Positions 37,501-47,865 of a stretch of 64,000 bases of DNA are shown piece after piece. A program made the position numbers and the translations under genes. The notes under the pieces were generated by a model. The model was not told where the DNA came from. It saw only the letters and a program-made list of their open reading frames with translations, and made no database searches. This DNA is from an uncultured Kiritimatiellota bacterium (GTDB taxonomy: Bacteria > Verrucomicrobiota > Kiritimatiellia > RFP12 > DVOR01). Position 1 is the stretch's first letter; the number at the start of each line of letters is the position of its first letter. The stretch lies in NCBI GenBank assembly GCA_944389585.1, contig CALXMW010000003.1, positions 38,466-102,465 of the forward strand, in the 5' to 3' direction.

Positions 37501-40500
37501 CGTGGGTGGACGTCGTCCTCCGGGCCGTCTTCGTGACCGAATACCTGCCCGGCGACGCCTGGACGAACTTCACGCGCACGGACGGCCCCAGCCCCTACGA
37601 CAACCAGCACGTCTACAACTACGCCAACGCCTTCCGCCTGGGCGACTACAACCAGGACGGCGTGCCCGACGGCTACCTCCTGGCCGCGCTGGGCGACAAC
37701 GAGGACTCCCGCGCCCTCATCGAGGGCGGCAGCGTCGCCACCGTCGCCCCCGAGGGCGACACGCTCCCCGCCCTTGGCTGGCAGGACGGCGTCTACCGCT
37801 TCGGCAGCTCCGCGGGCAAGGTCGCCTCCGGCTCCTTCGCCGCCACCGGCACGCCCTTCGGCTACAGACTCCGCGTCCGCGGCCGCGACGAGGCGCTCAA
37901 CGCCGCCCACTCCTACATCGACGAGGACGGCGACCGCCATGGCCGCTGGCTCTCCAACCCGAAATGGCAGGTCGTGGTGCTGGGCGAGGCCTCGACCGGC
38001 AACGACCAGGACGACCCCATGGGCCTGCTGGCCGGCACCCACGACTTCACCACCGGCAACACCGCGGGCACCTTCACCCTCAACACCCGCGTCATCACCC
38101 TGGCCGTCGACAAGCAGGGGCGCGACGACATCCTCTGGACGGGGACCAACCGCATCCCGTACATGGATGCGCCCATCGAGGACGTCGACCCGCTCTACGA
38201 ACGCCTCTGCCCCGGTGACCAGGATCAGGGCTGGCGCTACGTGATCGATGCCTCGGGCCAGACCGTCAAGGCCACGAACAACACGGACAAGCAGGCCTCC
38301 GGCGAGAGCTACCGCTTCACGAACGTCCTCGTCAACGTCGACCCCGACAGCGACGACTACGAGCAGATCCGCGTGGAGTACACCGCGCCGTGGGGCTGGA
38401 TCAACCGCGGCTACGTGTATGAGCAGCGCCAGGCCAGAGGCCCCGACGGCCAGCCGCTCGTCGACGGCGAGGGCAACCCCGTCATGGAGAATGTCCCCGA
38501 GACGGACGAGAACGGCCGTCCGCGCTACGACGCCAACGGCAACCCCATCTACAAGATCGCCAAGGACGCCAACGGCGTGTATCGCATCGAATGGCAGTAT
38601 CGCTATTACTGGAACGGGACGCAGTACAACGGGCCCACCATGGGCGGCGGCTACGCCAACCGCGTCGGCGTGCACGCGGTGCCCTTCCCCTTCACCGAAT
38701 GGGGCGACGCGAACGCCTTCACGGGCTACTACGCCGCGACGCATGACCGCACGCCCGCCGCGGACGAGGGCGACCCGCCGACCGACGAGCAGCTGCCGGT
38801 GAACGAATACCGCGGCGGCGTCTCGCCGGTCGACAGCCAGTACTACTTCGCCGCGACGCGCGCCCCCGCCGGCATGCTCCTGGACGAGCCCTTCTTCGAG
38901 GGCCGCCGCCAGGCCGTCACCAACTACATCCGCGCCGATTACACCGACTGGCTGGAGCGCTTCCCCTCCAACTCCGCGGACGTGGACAGCGACGGCGTGC
39001 CCAACGGCGTCGAATACTGGCTGTGGTACTACGCCAGCCGCATCGCCATGGGCTCCTACTTCACCTGCCAGGAGCCGCAGTTCGACGAGAACGGCCAGCC
39101 GGTGCGCGACGCGCAGGGCAACCAGCGCTTCGTCGCCCGCGCCCAGCTGAACCCCGCCCTCTGGCCGGCCATCGACCTGAACCAGCGCACCGCGCTCAAC
39201 ACCGGCGCCCAGTTCGCCATGGGCCGCCGCTACAACAACGGCTACCGCGGCAACGGCCAGTTCTGGACCGCCACGCAGGCCGCCGACGTGCTCTCGGCCT
39301 TCCACCCCCTGCAGGACGCCTTCGGCGGGGACTACGCCGGCGACTTCGACAACGACGGCCTGGGCGACGCCGAGGAAATCGCCCTGGGCACCAACCCCAT
39401 CGACTGCGACACCGACGGCGACGGCATCCCCGATGGTTGGGAGAGCGCCTTCGGCCTGAACCCCGCCAACGCCAACGACGGCGGCGGCGCCAACCCCGAC
39501 GGCGACTACTACGCCGTGGCCACGCTCTACCTCCACCCCACCTACAACCACCTCTTCCGCGTGGACGCCTTCAAGGCCGCCTCCGTGGCCGCGAAGCCCT
39601 CGCTGGACCTGGCCGCCAACCGCGTGGCCTTCTATGACTACGAGGCGGGCGTCTTCCGCACCGTCGACCAGTTCTACCTCGACTCCGACACCGTGGCGCA
39701 GGCCCACTTCTCGCTCCTGCCCGCCGCCACCCTCGAGGACGTGGAGGCCTGGTCCGCCGAGCCGGCCTGCTACATGGAAATCCGCCAGCAGGTGACGCTC
39801 AAGGACTTCGACGTCTACCAGGCGCTCGGCTTCGACCCGCGCACCGGCTGGTACGGCGCCCTGCCCTCCTCCGTGGTCAACCTGCCGAAGTTCCGGGGCC
39901 TCGCCGCGGTGAACACCGCCGCCTACACCAACGTCGAGGAGTTCAACAGCTCCGTGCGCCGCGCTTACCGCGCCCCGCCGAGGGACGGCGTGACGATGAA
40001 CTACATCCTCGGCCACTCCGACAACCCGCAGAGCGCCGACACCAACAACAACGGCATCCCCGACGGCTGGGAAAACTACGTCGGCTTCGTCGCCGGCGAC
40101 TACGCCGGCGCCGACCAGGACGGCGACGGCCTGACCGCCGCGCAGGAGTTCCACTGCCGCGTGGCCAACCTCCTCGTCGAAGACCCCAACAAGGCCGCCG
40201 GCACCTGGCCCACCTCCCTCGCCGACGCGATGCACGACGTCGGCGGCGCCACCTGGGCCAACAAGCTCCTGCCCACCGACCCGTGGGACCCCGACACCGA
40301 CGGCGACGGCATCCTCGACGCCCAGGAAGGCTCCCTCTTTGTCTACGGCACCACCGCCGACCGCTACACCAACGGCGGCGGCTGCGACCCCAACAAGTTC
40401 GACACCGACGGCGACGGCATGGCCGACGGCTGGGAGTTCCGCTTCGGAGAGGCCGCCGTCCGCGTCATCCAAGACCTCGCCGCCGAGGACGACGCCGGCG

Positions 40501-43500
40501 AGACCGAGATCGGCGTCGGCACGGCCGAGACCGTCAAGTTGGCCATCGACTGGGAGCGGTTCCGCGACATCGGGCCCGACCCCACCTGCGGCATCGACGC
40601 GACGCGCGACCCCGACCGCGACGGCCTGCCCAACATCCAGGAATACCTCACCGGCCTGATGCGCCACTGGCGCTATGACCTCGGGCCCAAGGCCGCCCGC
40701 CTCTACAAGGACGACCTCGGCCTGGACGAGGACGGCCAGAGCGTCCGCATCCCCGACGTCTACAACGCCCTCGAGGACCTCGCCTACGAGCTCTCCGTCA
40801 TCTCGCCCATCTACGGCTCCTACGACGCGGACGGCAACGAGCCGGTGCGCATCGACCCCATCAAGCAAGCCCAGGCCGCCCGCGTCGAGGTGGGCGCGGA
40901 AACCTGCTCGAGAACCGCCTTCAAGCCCGTCCTCACCCGGCTGAACGCCGGCATCGCCAACGCCGTCAGCCGCCGCTTCGGCGCCACCGTCGTCTATCCC
41001 ACGCGCCGGCAGATCGCCGACCTCGGCCTAGTGCTCGACCGCACCCTAGCCGACAAGATCGCCCTCCTCGACGCGATGGTCTACTTCATGCCCCAGGGCC
41101 TGGACGCCCACGGCATGGGCAGCAACGGCCAGATCCTCTACCTCATCCACCAGATCGAGAAGGGGTTGGAGGCCATCAACGTCGACATCGACAACGGGCG
41201 CTACGCGACCTTCAAGGCCGACGCCCTCGCGCTCTGGGCCATCCGCAAGCAGCAGATCCTGGACTACCTCTTTGGGAGCGACTACGAGCCGGACTACGGC
41301 GAGTATGACCCCGCCTACGCCGGGATGGTCAAGCTGACCACCGACGGCGACGCCGCCGCCGGCGACGACGGCACGCCCGCCGTGAACCCCATCGCGGACT
41401 ACGCGCCCCCCGCCGAGCCCGTCGTCGGCGCCGGCGCCGACGGCGGCGCGACGGCCTACGAGGAGCGCCTCTGCCTGGCCACGACGCCCTTCCTGCAGGC
41501 GCAGTACCGCGCGGGCCTGCGCGGCCTCAACGGCGGCGTCCTCATCCTCAAGAGCAAGGACCAGCAGCTCGCCGCGATCACCAACGGCGGCATCTACGTG
41601 GCCCCCGTGGGCTATCACCTGCCCCTCTTCGAGGACGGCCGCCCCGGCATGCCCTTCGGCTCGAACCCGTACTGGGCCGACAACTCGATCCTGGTCGCGA
41701 ATCAGATCGGCGTCCGCTACCCGATCGTCAACCGGGACACCGACGGCGACACCGAGAACCTCTGGGATCCCTTCGTGACGACCAACCCGCTCGTCGCCGA
41801 CTCCGACTCCGACGGCATGGACGACTACTGGGAAATCTTCCACGGCCTGAACCCCATCCTGGGTGATTACTCCAACCTCGCCTACGGCAACGGCGCCATC
41901 GGCCACGAGAACTACGCCGTCGACAAGGTCCACGCCGTCTACGCCGGCAAGCCCGACGGGCTGTTCGAGGACGGCGAGGATGCCGGCGGCGGCCGCGTCG
42001 CCACCGACATCGTCTGGTTCGCCGACACTCTCGCCCCCGCCGGCAAGGGCGCCAACGCCTTCGGGAACCCCGCGCTGGAAGAGGCGGCCGTCACCGGCTA
42101 TGACTACTACAGCTACCCGTGGGTGGCCGGCGCGCCCTTCGCCGACCCCGACGGCGACGGCCTGCTCAACGCCGAGGAGGCGGTCAACCCCAACGGCGAC
42201 GCCGCGCGCTACGGCACCGACCCCTCGCCCCTGTGGATGACCGACCCGGCCAACCCGAACAGCCTCGTCACCCGCTTCTATGGCCGCGTGAACGCCAACT
42301 TCGCCGCCGCCGGCGTCGTCCCCGCGCGGGTCTTCCCCTATCCCAAGGGCTCCATCTACAACAGACGCGGCGCCGTCGTCGGCCAGAGCGAGACGCCCGC
42401 GGCCACCGACTCCGTCTTCCCCTACGAGATCAACGAAGGCTTCGACACCGACGGCGACGGCACCCCCGACATGGTGGAGCTCACCTCCGACACCGTCAAC
42501 CGCGGCGACCCGCAGACCCTCCGCTCGCCCTCCCGCCACCAGGCGGCCTACTTCGGCGGCCAGGGTGCCATGCAGTCCATGGCCGAGACCCACTTCGGCC
42601 CCTACGCCCTGCAGACCTTCACCCTCGAATGCTGGGTCAAGCCCGACGCGGAAGGGCAGGCCGAGGACGAGGTCATCCTCATCGACCGCCCCTGGCGCTT
42701 CTACACCGGCGTCGAGCCGGATCTCGGCCGCCCGCTCGGCGCGCTGCGCCACAACTTCCGTCTCGGCCTGCGCAAGGGCGACGACGGCCTGACGGCCTTC
42801 GCCTACTACACCAGCGCCGGCACCACCGACCAGGGCGGCGCCGCCACCCCGCAGAAGTCCTCCGAGGCCACCGCCAACACGGTGATCGAGGCCGGCAAGT
42901 GGACCCACCTGGCCGTGACCTATGACGGCTCGGCCCTGCGGCTCTACATCAACGGCCAGGCCAGCGGCTCGGCCTCCACCGGCCTCACCCCCGCCAACGG
43001 CCTCATCTCCGTGGCCAACAGCGACCCCAACGACGTCCAGCGCTACACCTACCGCGCCGCGCCCATCCTCATCGGCGCCGGCCCCGGCGAGGCCTGGACC
43101 GCCGAGCTCGACGCCGACGGCATCCAGCTCGACACGGCCTTCGCGAACCGCTACAAAGGCTTCATCGACGAGGTGCGCATCTGGAACGGCGTCCGCACCG
43201 CCGCCGAGATCGCCAACAACCGCACCGCCACCTTCTCGCAGGCCGACCTGCTGAACCAGCGCTACGCGGTCTTCGCCGCGCGCTACGCCGGCGCCGGCCT
43301 CTACCAGACCGGCGTGCCCGCCGCCCTCGTGGCCCAGTACACCTTCGACGACCTCCTCGCCGGCGCCCGCAAGACCCCCGTGAAGAACGAGGGCGAGGAC
43401 AAGGACGAGTTCCCCTACCTCGACGAGAACGGCAACCCCGTCGCCTCCGAGGAGGAGGCCGCCAGGGAGGCCGACGCGACGCCCTGGGAGCAGTATCCCG

Positions 43501-46500
43501 GCCAGCAGACCATCGGCGACGCCAACGTCTCCGGCTCGCTCCTCTTCCGCCGCCGCAACCTCGAGGCCAACACCGGCGTCATCGTGGGCGGGAACGACGC
43601 CTACGTCCGCCGCCCCGAGACCGCCGCCGAGGTCTACACCACCTACTACCGCGAGCGCGTGCCCGAGGCGCTCCGGACCACGCTCTATGACGTGGCGACC
43701 GCCGACTTCGTGCCGATGGCGCACAACACCATCGACCACCTGCCGCTGGCCGACGTCGAACGCGCCACCGCGAACCTGCTCTACTCCGCGCCGATGAAGA
43801 ACGGCACGCCCGACCTCCTCTTCCCCTCCGGCACGCCGCTGAACGTGAAGCCCGCCGACAGCGTCTACTGGACGCCCTACGGCGCCGGCGTCGTCACCAA
43901 CGCCAGCAGCACGGCCATCTACTCCGTGAAGACCCAGGGCAACCCCTACGCCTACCTCTACCGCGCCACCGTCTTCTTCGACGTGCCCACCCACCGCGCC
44001 CTCCCGGCCTACTCCACGCAGACCCCCGCCGACCTCCTCCTCTTCGGCGACGTCTTCGCGAAGTACGACCCCTCCACCTGGGCCGACGGCTCGCCCACCA
44101 CCGACCCCTCCGGCGGCTCCGACGGCTCCGACGGCGAGGGCGGCGCCAACCCCTCCGGCACGCCCCAGTGGTTCGAGCACGACGGCGACGTCTTCGCCGA
44201 CAACCTCACCCAGAGCGAGAGCTCCAAGGGCGGCTCCTGGCTCGAGGAGAACGTCGGCCTCGGCCAGACCACCGACACCGACGGCGACCTCATGCCCAAC
44301 TGGTGGGAGAACCACTACGGCCTCGACCCCGAGGACGCCACCGGCGACAACGGCCCCCACGGCGACCCCGACGGCGACTTCCTGACGAACTACGCCGAGT
44401 GGCTCGCCAAGTCCGCCCCCAACAACCCCTCCACCGCCGGCAACGGGATCACCGACTTCAACATCCCCATCTGGATGCGCCGCGGCCGCCCCACCTTCGG
44501 CCTGCTCTACACCGACAACGACTTCATGGAAGACCACTGGGAGGCCGCCAACCGCTCCCAGGACCTCAACGTCGACATGAACGACGCCTGGCATGACGCC
44601 GACAACGACGGCTGGAGCAACTGGGCCGAGGCCCGCGCCAACTTCCGCACCGGCCGCCACTCCACCGACCCGCAGGTCGAGGAGAGCGTCACCGCCGGCG
44701 GCGGCATCCGCCGCGAGTACCCGACCCCCGCCCTCCGCCTGACGGTCGACTACTTCGGTGACCAGAACGTCTACACCAACGCCACCGAGAGCGCCCGCAT
44801 CGTCGTCCACAGCTACACCACCGTGGGCAACAACTCCCAGCCCGACGCGCAGTTCTACCTGCCCCTCTCCACCCTCACCGGCGGCACCGGCACCGGCTCC
44901 GGCACGGGCGGCACCCTCGGCACGCAGGTGACCGCCGAGCTCGGCAGCTGGATGCCCGGCACCGTCTCGGGCTTCGTCCACATGGGCAACGTCCGCCCCG
45001 GCTCCTTCGACCTGACCTACGAGTACGTCTGGGTCACCCCCGACTCCGTGGACTCCGGCCTCCCGCAGGTTCGCTTCCACGTCACCGACAACGAGAAGGG
45101 CGAGCTCTACCTGCAGGCCGCCGACGCCTCGAACACCAAAACGGGCGCCTTCCACCGTGAGGACTTCGACCTCAACATCCCCGTGGGCACGATCGACTAC
45201 ACCACCGGCGAATACACCATCGACTTCAGCGCCTCCTCCCCGGCCGGCGCCGAATCCTGGGCCGACGGTATCTTCGAGCTCTACCAGCAAGTTGACCAGG
45301 TTGGCGCGGGCGGCACCCCGATCCTCCCCGTCGGCGCGGAGCTGGTCTACGTCAACAACGTGGCCCATGAGTACTACGCCCTGCCGTACACCAACTTCAC
45401 CGGCACGCTCACGGCCGAGTACGTGATCAACGCCGGCAGCAGCAACACCTTCACCCTCGTGACCCCCGACCAAGGCCACCTGCGCGAAGGCACCAACAAC
45501 TTCTTCGTCTTTGTCGACTTCGACGGGAACGGGAACTGGAACATCGGCGAGCCCGCCGGCGTGCCCGACCAGCACGACGTGGAGATCGGCTTTGACCGCG
45601 TCGCCACCACGCTGCACGTCACCCTCACCGAGGTCGCGCCCCCCGGCGGCCTGCGCTTCGACGTCGCCACCGTCCTCGCGCGGCTGAAGGAAGACCTGGC
45701 GACCGGCACGACGGACGACGGCGGCAACATGACCTCCTCCGTCCTCAACGGCGCCTACCCCGAGACCGCCGAGGTCTACCTCAACCCGAAGAAGTTCGAA
45801 TCCATCATCGGCGACAACTCCGGCGGCTCCGGGCGCCTCTACGTGGCCCTCGCCGAGACCAAGGGCGTGGGCGGCGACGACGCCACCACCACCTACCCGC
45901 GCACCATCTTCTTCGAGAAGGACTACGACGCCAAGAAGCCCTACCTCAACGAAGACGAGATCTACGCGGAATACCCCAACGGCATCCCGCCGCCCGAATC
46001 CGAGACCGTCACCGAGGCCGTCTACCTGGTCTTCCTCGTGCCGAACTCCCATGTCGGCATCACCGCCAACCAGATGACGGACTACTGCATCGGCGCGATC
46101 ACCAACCGCTTCGTCGCCCTTGACGACAACCTCACCGGCCACATCCCCGCCGAGGAAGGCGCCCTCATCGGCGGCTCCAACCGCCGCAACTCCGAGCTAA
46201 CCTTCGTCTGGACGAGCAACGTGCAGGTGCCCAACTTCGACCTCAAGATCGTCAAGACCCAAGAGGCCGACGGCTCCGCCTGCAACAAGACCGTCTTCAA
46301 CAAGACCGTCCGCGGCGTCTCGGCCTACGCCACCGACAAGCAGGCCGGGCAGTACCGCTACCGCTACGTCCTCCCCCGCGGCATCGGCGAGCTCAACGCC
46401 TCCGGCGACACCCTCTTCGGCAACGGCTCCTACCACTACACCCTGAGCCTCAACGCCTACACCGGCGCCGACAAGATCCTCGAGGGCGACTTCACCATCG

Positions 46501-47810
46501 CCATGCGCGACTCCTCCGACGCCACCCTCCGCGAAGTCGAGGGCGCCGACCAATCCACGGCCTTCAACGCCCAGGATTCCTACTTCGTGCGCGCCAAGAT
46601 CCGCTACACCGGCGTCCTCAAGGACACCGAGGACTTCAACCGCGGCCTCCTCGTCGTCGAGGCGCACCGCTCCGCCTCCTTCAACGGGGACCCCGCGGCC
46701 GCCAACTCCGACATCCTCATCTACGACGACGAGAACGAGACCGCCCGCAAGCTCAACCGCACCATCCGCATGGGCAAGAGCGAGCGCTACGCCATCGACG
46801 TCCTCAACAAGGACGGCCAGGCGCAGACGCAGGACGCCTTCTTCGCCACCTGCTTCGACGTCGAGCTCCGCGGCCTGGCCACCAACGAGCCGGTCTACCT
46901 CAAGGCCTACCTCGACCTCAACCGCAACAACAAGCACGACCGCTGGGAGCCCTGGGGCTACGCCACCCAAGGCCAATCCGCCGCCAGCGGCTTCTACTTC
47001 GACCCGCAGCCCATCACCCCCGCCCGCACCGGCGACGCCATCAACGCCGAGTTCTACATCCAGGACGTCGACACCGACAACGACAAGCTCGCCGACAGCT
47101 ACGAATGGCTCAACGGCGGCCACCCAGGCGGCGACTTCAACGACTGGTGCGGCGCCCTCACCGGCACCTCCGCCCAGCAGAACGGCCAGGCCATCTGGTG
47201 CATCGACGGCGAAGGCAAGCTCGCCCTCACCGTCTACGGCGCCCAGCTCTACGGCCTGCGCATCACGGCCTTCGACAAGGCGACCGGCGCCGTCAAGGTC
47301 GAAGGCCTCCCCGACGACCTCCAGGTCTTCGTGGACTTCCTCTCCATCGTCGGCGAGGACTCCGCCAAGAACATCCTCCAAGAGATGGCCGAGCAAGGCT
47401 TCACCAGCTACGCCCTCCAGGTGAACACCCTCTCCTTCGACGGCACCTCCATCAGGATCTCCTGGGACATCGTCGGCGTCAGCACCACCGAGCTCACCGG
47501 CCTCGGCGAAGACATGACCCTCGGCGACGTCGAGACGCTCGTCAAGCGCACCGAGGCCATCACCGACGCCTTCTCCAAGGCCGACACCACCGCCACCTTC
47601 GCCATCTACGGCAAGGAAAGCCTCGACGACGCCAACTGGACGCTCATCGGCCAGGAAAAGGTCGCCGGCTCCGTCGTCGCCGGCGCCTCCCCCGAAATCT
47701 CCATCCCCACCGAAGACGTCACCGTCACGAGCGGCGACGGCACGCAGACCACCTACAAGTTCTTCAAGGTGCTCCTCTCCGTCGACGCCCCTTCCGTGAA
47801 GATGAACTGA
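34596..47810 (+). CDS. Giant secreted adhesin-like protein (4,404 aa) with thrombospondin-type-3-like Ca-binding repeats and a LamG/ConA-like domain
   Basis: Signal peptide MKSKSNLLIAMGAVLGLFAAAPAWAQS. At least 10 DxDxDGxxD motifs (DTDGDGIPDGWE, DTDGDGILDAQEG, DTDGDGMADGWEF, DPDRDGLPNIQEY, DSDSDGMDDYWE, DPDGDGLLNAEE, DTDGDGTPDMVE, DTDGDLMPNWWE, DPDGDFLTNYAEW, DADNDGWSNWAE). LamG-like block TLECWVKPD...WTHLAVTYDGSALRLYINGQ...FIDEVRIWN. Confidence 0.88.
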   Translation: MKSKSNLLIAMGAVLGLFAAAPAWAQSQNYRIESITRSTESGETSISEPLTAGGIVYFDVSLTDTTTDSNRWTFTGNGEVSGIGDNRPYLQLDMPLRGESVKQSTEGTGDDAEEATAETNTAVAYYVGQAPGVTDTTKTVLRFAYTVRPGDLAEDLVWAKNAAGNPLFGGDLTKIQLTYQSGSGTTQTANLDSSCLIWANGTSTPTGTIPVNGYTLTVGDEGDFNSGFLYQGLVPMTISAPAGTVSAFTSTSYANNCYLWLEVQDQDDDTWKQVPAGIVLLNNDRSTVKAGDASAALLDDFTPTHAGRFIGNTGTFASQRFFVNLPKSDAYPAGTIVRICYGVNPTTAEGLHGYWEYPIVEAPFITANNTGTSYEVTNPNLVSAQNDPFQVNGTAVTNGGTITAGADETFTISIRKQNIDLYQDCGTLYAIVERLTVKSDENKDNADISLATMTLEKTYVPLDPYGLADGTIDFTVPASAGTGEAIYRIRVPELEHMATGEGTVGTIDCPYYLRIQTTARREDITIQAGEAGYTGQEYYSPLPTAEGSLPSFLEYTLSVASTADNNRTFLVYPVAADGTTQITGDYYYTDTPPTVENGVLTGGRKVQDNIARYAVLQRNGGSVTSSAGPEYIVSIPRGQTSATFYVALVNDFPQNYLAGSAARYEVQGGVVSQVGAAIQVPDLPIFRAATCNASGVVTGLSDTSDTVEVVISNRAPTLQSYNAPTSAAAGSGMRFSFQVNDTVSDYLFAEFSSGSGETIYRLYVDEEEMIALMGEAAWEQYLQTEFLDPYGITDRDNFIQTRAAHGAQTITFTNVVAGTGSEQTWTFTVRDSSGEQATQTGTITLSTAQRFTVYTYLDTLNSNGSGYVRFADELSGTGWLWGNEWTYTSLSRGASGSTVTLTATPFLAGETYTGGNFANYMPGIPPTKDSFFYAWQPYEANMGATWLESPVYGSSVTLNRQGVGQDDQAWVDVVLRAVFVTEYLPGDAWTNFTRTDGPSPYDNQHVYNYANAFRLGDYNQDGVPDGYLLAALGDNEDSRALIEGGSVATVAPEGDTLPALGWQDGVYRFGSSAGKVASGSFAATGTPFGYRLRVRGRDEALNAAHSYIDEDGDRHGRWLSNPKWQVVVLGEASTGNDQDDPMGLLAGTHDFTTGNTAGTFTLNTRVITLAVDKQGRDDILWTGTNRIPYMDAPIEDVDPLYERLCPGDQDQGWRYVIDASGQTVKATNNTDKQASGESYRFTNVLVNVDPDSDDYEQIRVEYTAPWGWINRGYVYEQRQARGPDGQPLVDGEGNPVMENVPETDENGRPRYDANGNPIYKIAKDANGVYRIEWQYRYYWNGTQYNGPTMGGGYANRVGVHAVPFPFTEWGDANAFTGYYAATHDRTPAADEGDPPTDEQLPVNEYRGGVSPVDSQYYFAATRAPAGMLLDEPFFEGRRQAVTNYIRADYTDWLERFPSNSADVDSDGVPNGVEYWLWYYASRIAMGSYFTCQEPQFDENGQPVRDAQGNQRFVARAQLNPALWPAIDLNQRTALNTGAQFAMGRRYNNGYRGNGQFWTATQAADVLSAFHPLQDAFGGDYAGDFDNDGLGDAEEIALGTNPIDCDTDGDGIPDGWESAFGLNPANANDGGGANPDGDYYAVATLYLHPTYNHLFRVDAFKAASVAAKPSLDLAANRVAFYDYEAGVFRTVDQFYLDSDTVAQAHFSLLPAATLEDVEAWSAEPACYMEIRQQVTLKDFDVYQALGFDPRTGWYGALPSSVVNLPKFRGLAAVNTAAYTNVEEFNSSVRRAYRAPPRDGVTMNYILGHSDNPQSADTNNNGIPDGWENYVGFVAGDYAGADQDGDGLTAAQEFHCRVANLLVEDPNKAAGTWPTSLADAMHDVGGATWANKLLPTDPWDPDTDGDGILDAQEGSLFVYGTTADRYTNGGGCDPNKFDTDGDGMADGWEFRFGEAAVRVIQDLAAEDDAGETEIGVGTAETVKLAIDWERFRDIGPDPTCGIDATRDPDRDGLPNIQEYLTGLMRHWRYDLGPKAARLYKDDLGLDEDGQSVRIPDVYNALEDLAYELSVISPIYGSYDADGNEPVRIDPIKQAQAARVEVGAETCSRTAFKPVLTRLNAGIANAVSRRFGATVVYPTRRQIADLGLVLDRTLADKIALLDAMVYFMPQGLDAHGMGSNGQILYLIHQIEKGLEAINVDIDNGRYATFKADALALWAIRKQQILDYLFGSDYEPDYGEYDPAYAGMVKLTTDGDAAAGDDGTPAVNPIADYAPPAEPVVGAGADGGATAYEERLCLATTPFLQAQYRAGLRGLNGGVLILKSKDQQLAAITNGGIYVAPVGYHLPLFEDGRPGMPFGSNPYWADNSILVANQIGVRYPIVNRDTDGDTENLWDPFVTTNPLVADSDSDGMDDYWEIFHGLNPILGDYSNLAYGNGAIGHENYAVDKVHAVYAGKPDGLFEDGEDAGGGRVATDIVWFADTLAPAGKGANAFGNPALEEAAVTGYDYYSYPWVAGAPFADPDGDGLLNAEEAVNPNGDAARYGTDPSPLWMTDPANPNSLVTRFYGRVNANFAAAGVVPARVFPYPKGSIYNRRGAVVGQSETPAATDSVFPYEINEGFDTDGDGTPDMVELTSDTVNRGDPQTLRSPSRHQAAYFGGQGAMQSMAETHFGPYALQTFTLECWVKPDAEGQAEDEVILIDRPWRFYTGVEPDLGRPLGALRHNFRLGLRKGDDGLTAFAYYTSAGTTDQGGAATPQKSSEATANTVIEAGKWTHLAVTYDGSALRLYINGQASGSASTGLTPANGLISVANSDPNDVQRYTYRAAPILIGAGPGEAWTAELDADGIQLDTAFANRYKGFIDEVRIWNGVRTAAEIANNRTATFSQADLLNQRYAVFAARYAGAGLYQTGVPAALVAQYTFDDLLAGARKTPVKNEGEDKDEFPYLDENGNPVASEEEAAREADATPWEQYPGQQTIGDANVSGSLLFRRRNLEANTGVIVGGNDAYVRRPETAAEVYTTYYRERVPEALRTTLYDVATADFVPMAHNTIDHLPLADVERATANLLYSAPMKNGTPDLLFPSGTPLNVKPADSVYWTPYGAGVVTNASSTAIYSVKTQGNPYAYLYRATVFFDVPTHRALPAYSTQTPADLLLFGDVFAKYDPSTWADGSPTTDPSGGSDGSDGEGGANPSGTPQWFEHDGDVFADNLTQSESSKGGSWLEENVGLGQTTDTDGDLMPNWWENHYGLDPEDATGDNGPHGDPDGDFLTNYAEWLAKSAPNNPSTAGNGITDFNIPIWMRRGRPTFGLLYTDNDFMEDHWEAANRSQDLNVDMNDAWHDADNDGWSNWAEARANFRTGRHSTDPQVEESVTAGGGIRREYPTPALRLTVDYFGDQNVYTNATESARIVVHSYTTVGNNSQPDAQFYLPLSTLTGGTGTGSGTGGTLGTQVTAELGSWMPGTVSGFVHMGNVRPGSFDLTYEYVWVTPDSVDSGLPQVRFHVTDNEKGELYLQAADASNTKTGAFHREDFDLNIPVGTIDYTTGEYTIDFSASSPAGAESWADGIFELYQQVDQVGAGGTPILPVGAELVYVNNVAHEYYALPYTNFTGTLTAEYVINAGSSNTFTLVTPDQGHLREGTNNFFVFVDFDGNGNWNIGEPAGVPDQHDVEIGFDRVATTLHVTLTEVAPPGGLRFDVATVLARLKEDLATGTTDDGGNMTSSVLNGAYPETAEVYLNPKKFESIIGDNSGGSGRLYVALAETKGVGGDDATTTYPRTIFFEKDYDAKKPYLNEDEIYAEYPNGIPPPESETVTEAVYLVFLVPNSHVGITANQMTDYCIGAITNRFVALDDNLTGHIPAEEGALIGGSNRRNSELTFVWTSNVQVPNFDLKIVKTQEADGSACNKTVFNKTVRGVSAYATDKQAGQYRYRYVLPRGIGELNASGDTLFGNGSYHYTLSLNAYTGADKILEGDFTIAMRDSSDATLREVEGADQSTAFNAQDSYFVRAKIRYTGVLKDTEDFNRGLLVVEAHRSASFNGDPAAANSDILIYDDENETARKLNRTIRMGKSERYAIDVLNKDGQAQTQDAFFATCFDVELRGLATNEPVYLKAYLDLNRNNKHDRWEPWGYATQGQSAASGFYFDPQPITPARTGDAINAEFYIQDVDTDNDKLADSYEWLNGGHPGGDFNDWCGALTGTSAQQNGQAIWCIDGEGKLALTVYGAQLYGLRITAFDKATGAVKVEGLPDDLQVFVDFLSIVGEDSAKNILQEMAEQGFTSYALQVNTLSFDGTSIRISWDIVGVSTTELTGLGEDMTLGDVETLVKRTEAITDAFSKADTTATFAIYGKESLDDANWTLIGQEKVAGSVVAGASPEISIPTEDVTVTSGDGTQTTYKFFKVLLSVDAPSVKMN

Positions 47811-47832
47811 CCCCGGCCAGAGCGGCCAAAAA

Positions 47833-47865
47833 GGGCGGGCCCCACGGCCCGCCCCTTTTTTTCTT
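47833..47865 (+). terminator. Rho-independent terminator after the 4,404-aa gene
   Basis: GGGCGGGCCCCACGGCCCGCCC hairpin followed by TTTTTTTCTTT. Confidence 0.6.

Noticed and set aside
34464-46142. 2134-aa and 1698-aa minus-strand ORFs
   Set aside because: Antisense shadows of the 4,404-aa gene. The forward frame has a signal peptide and TSP3/LamG motifs.
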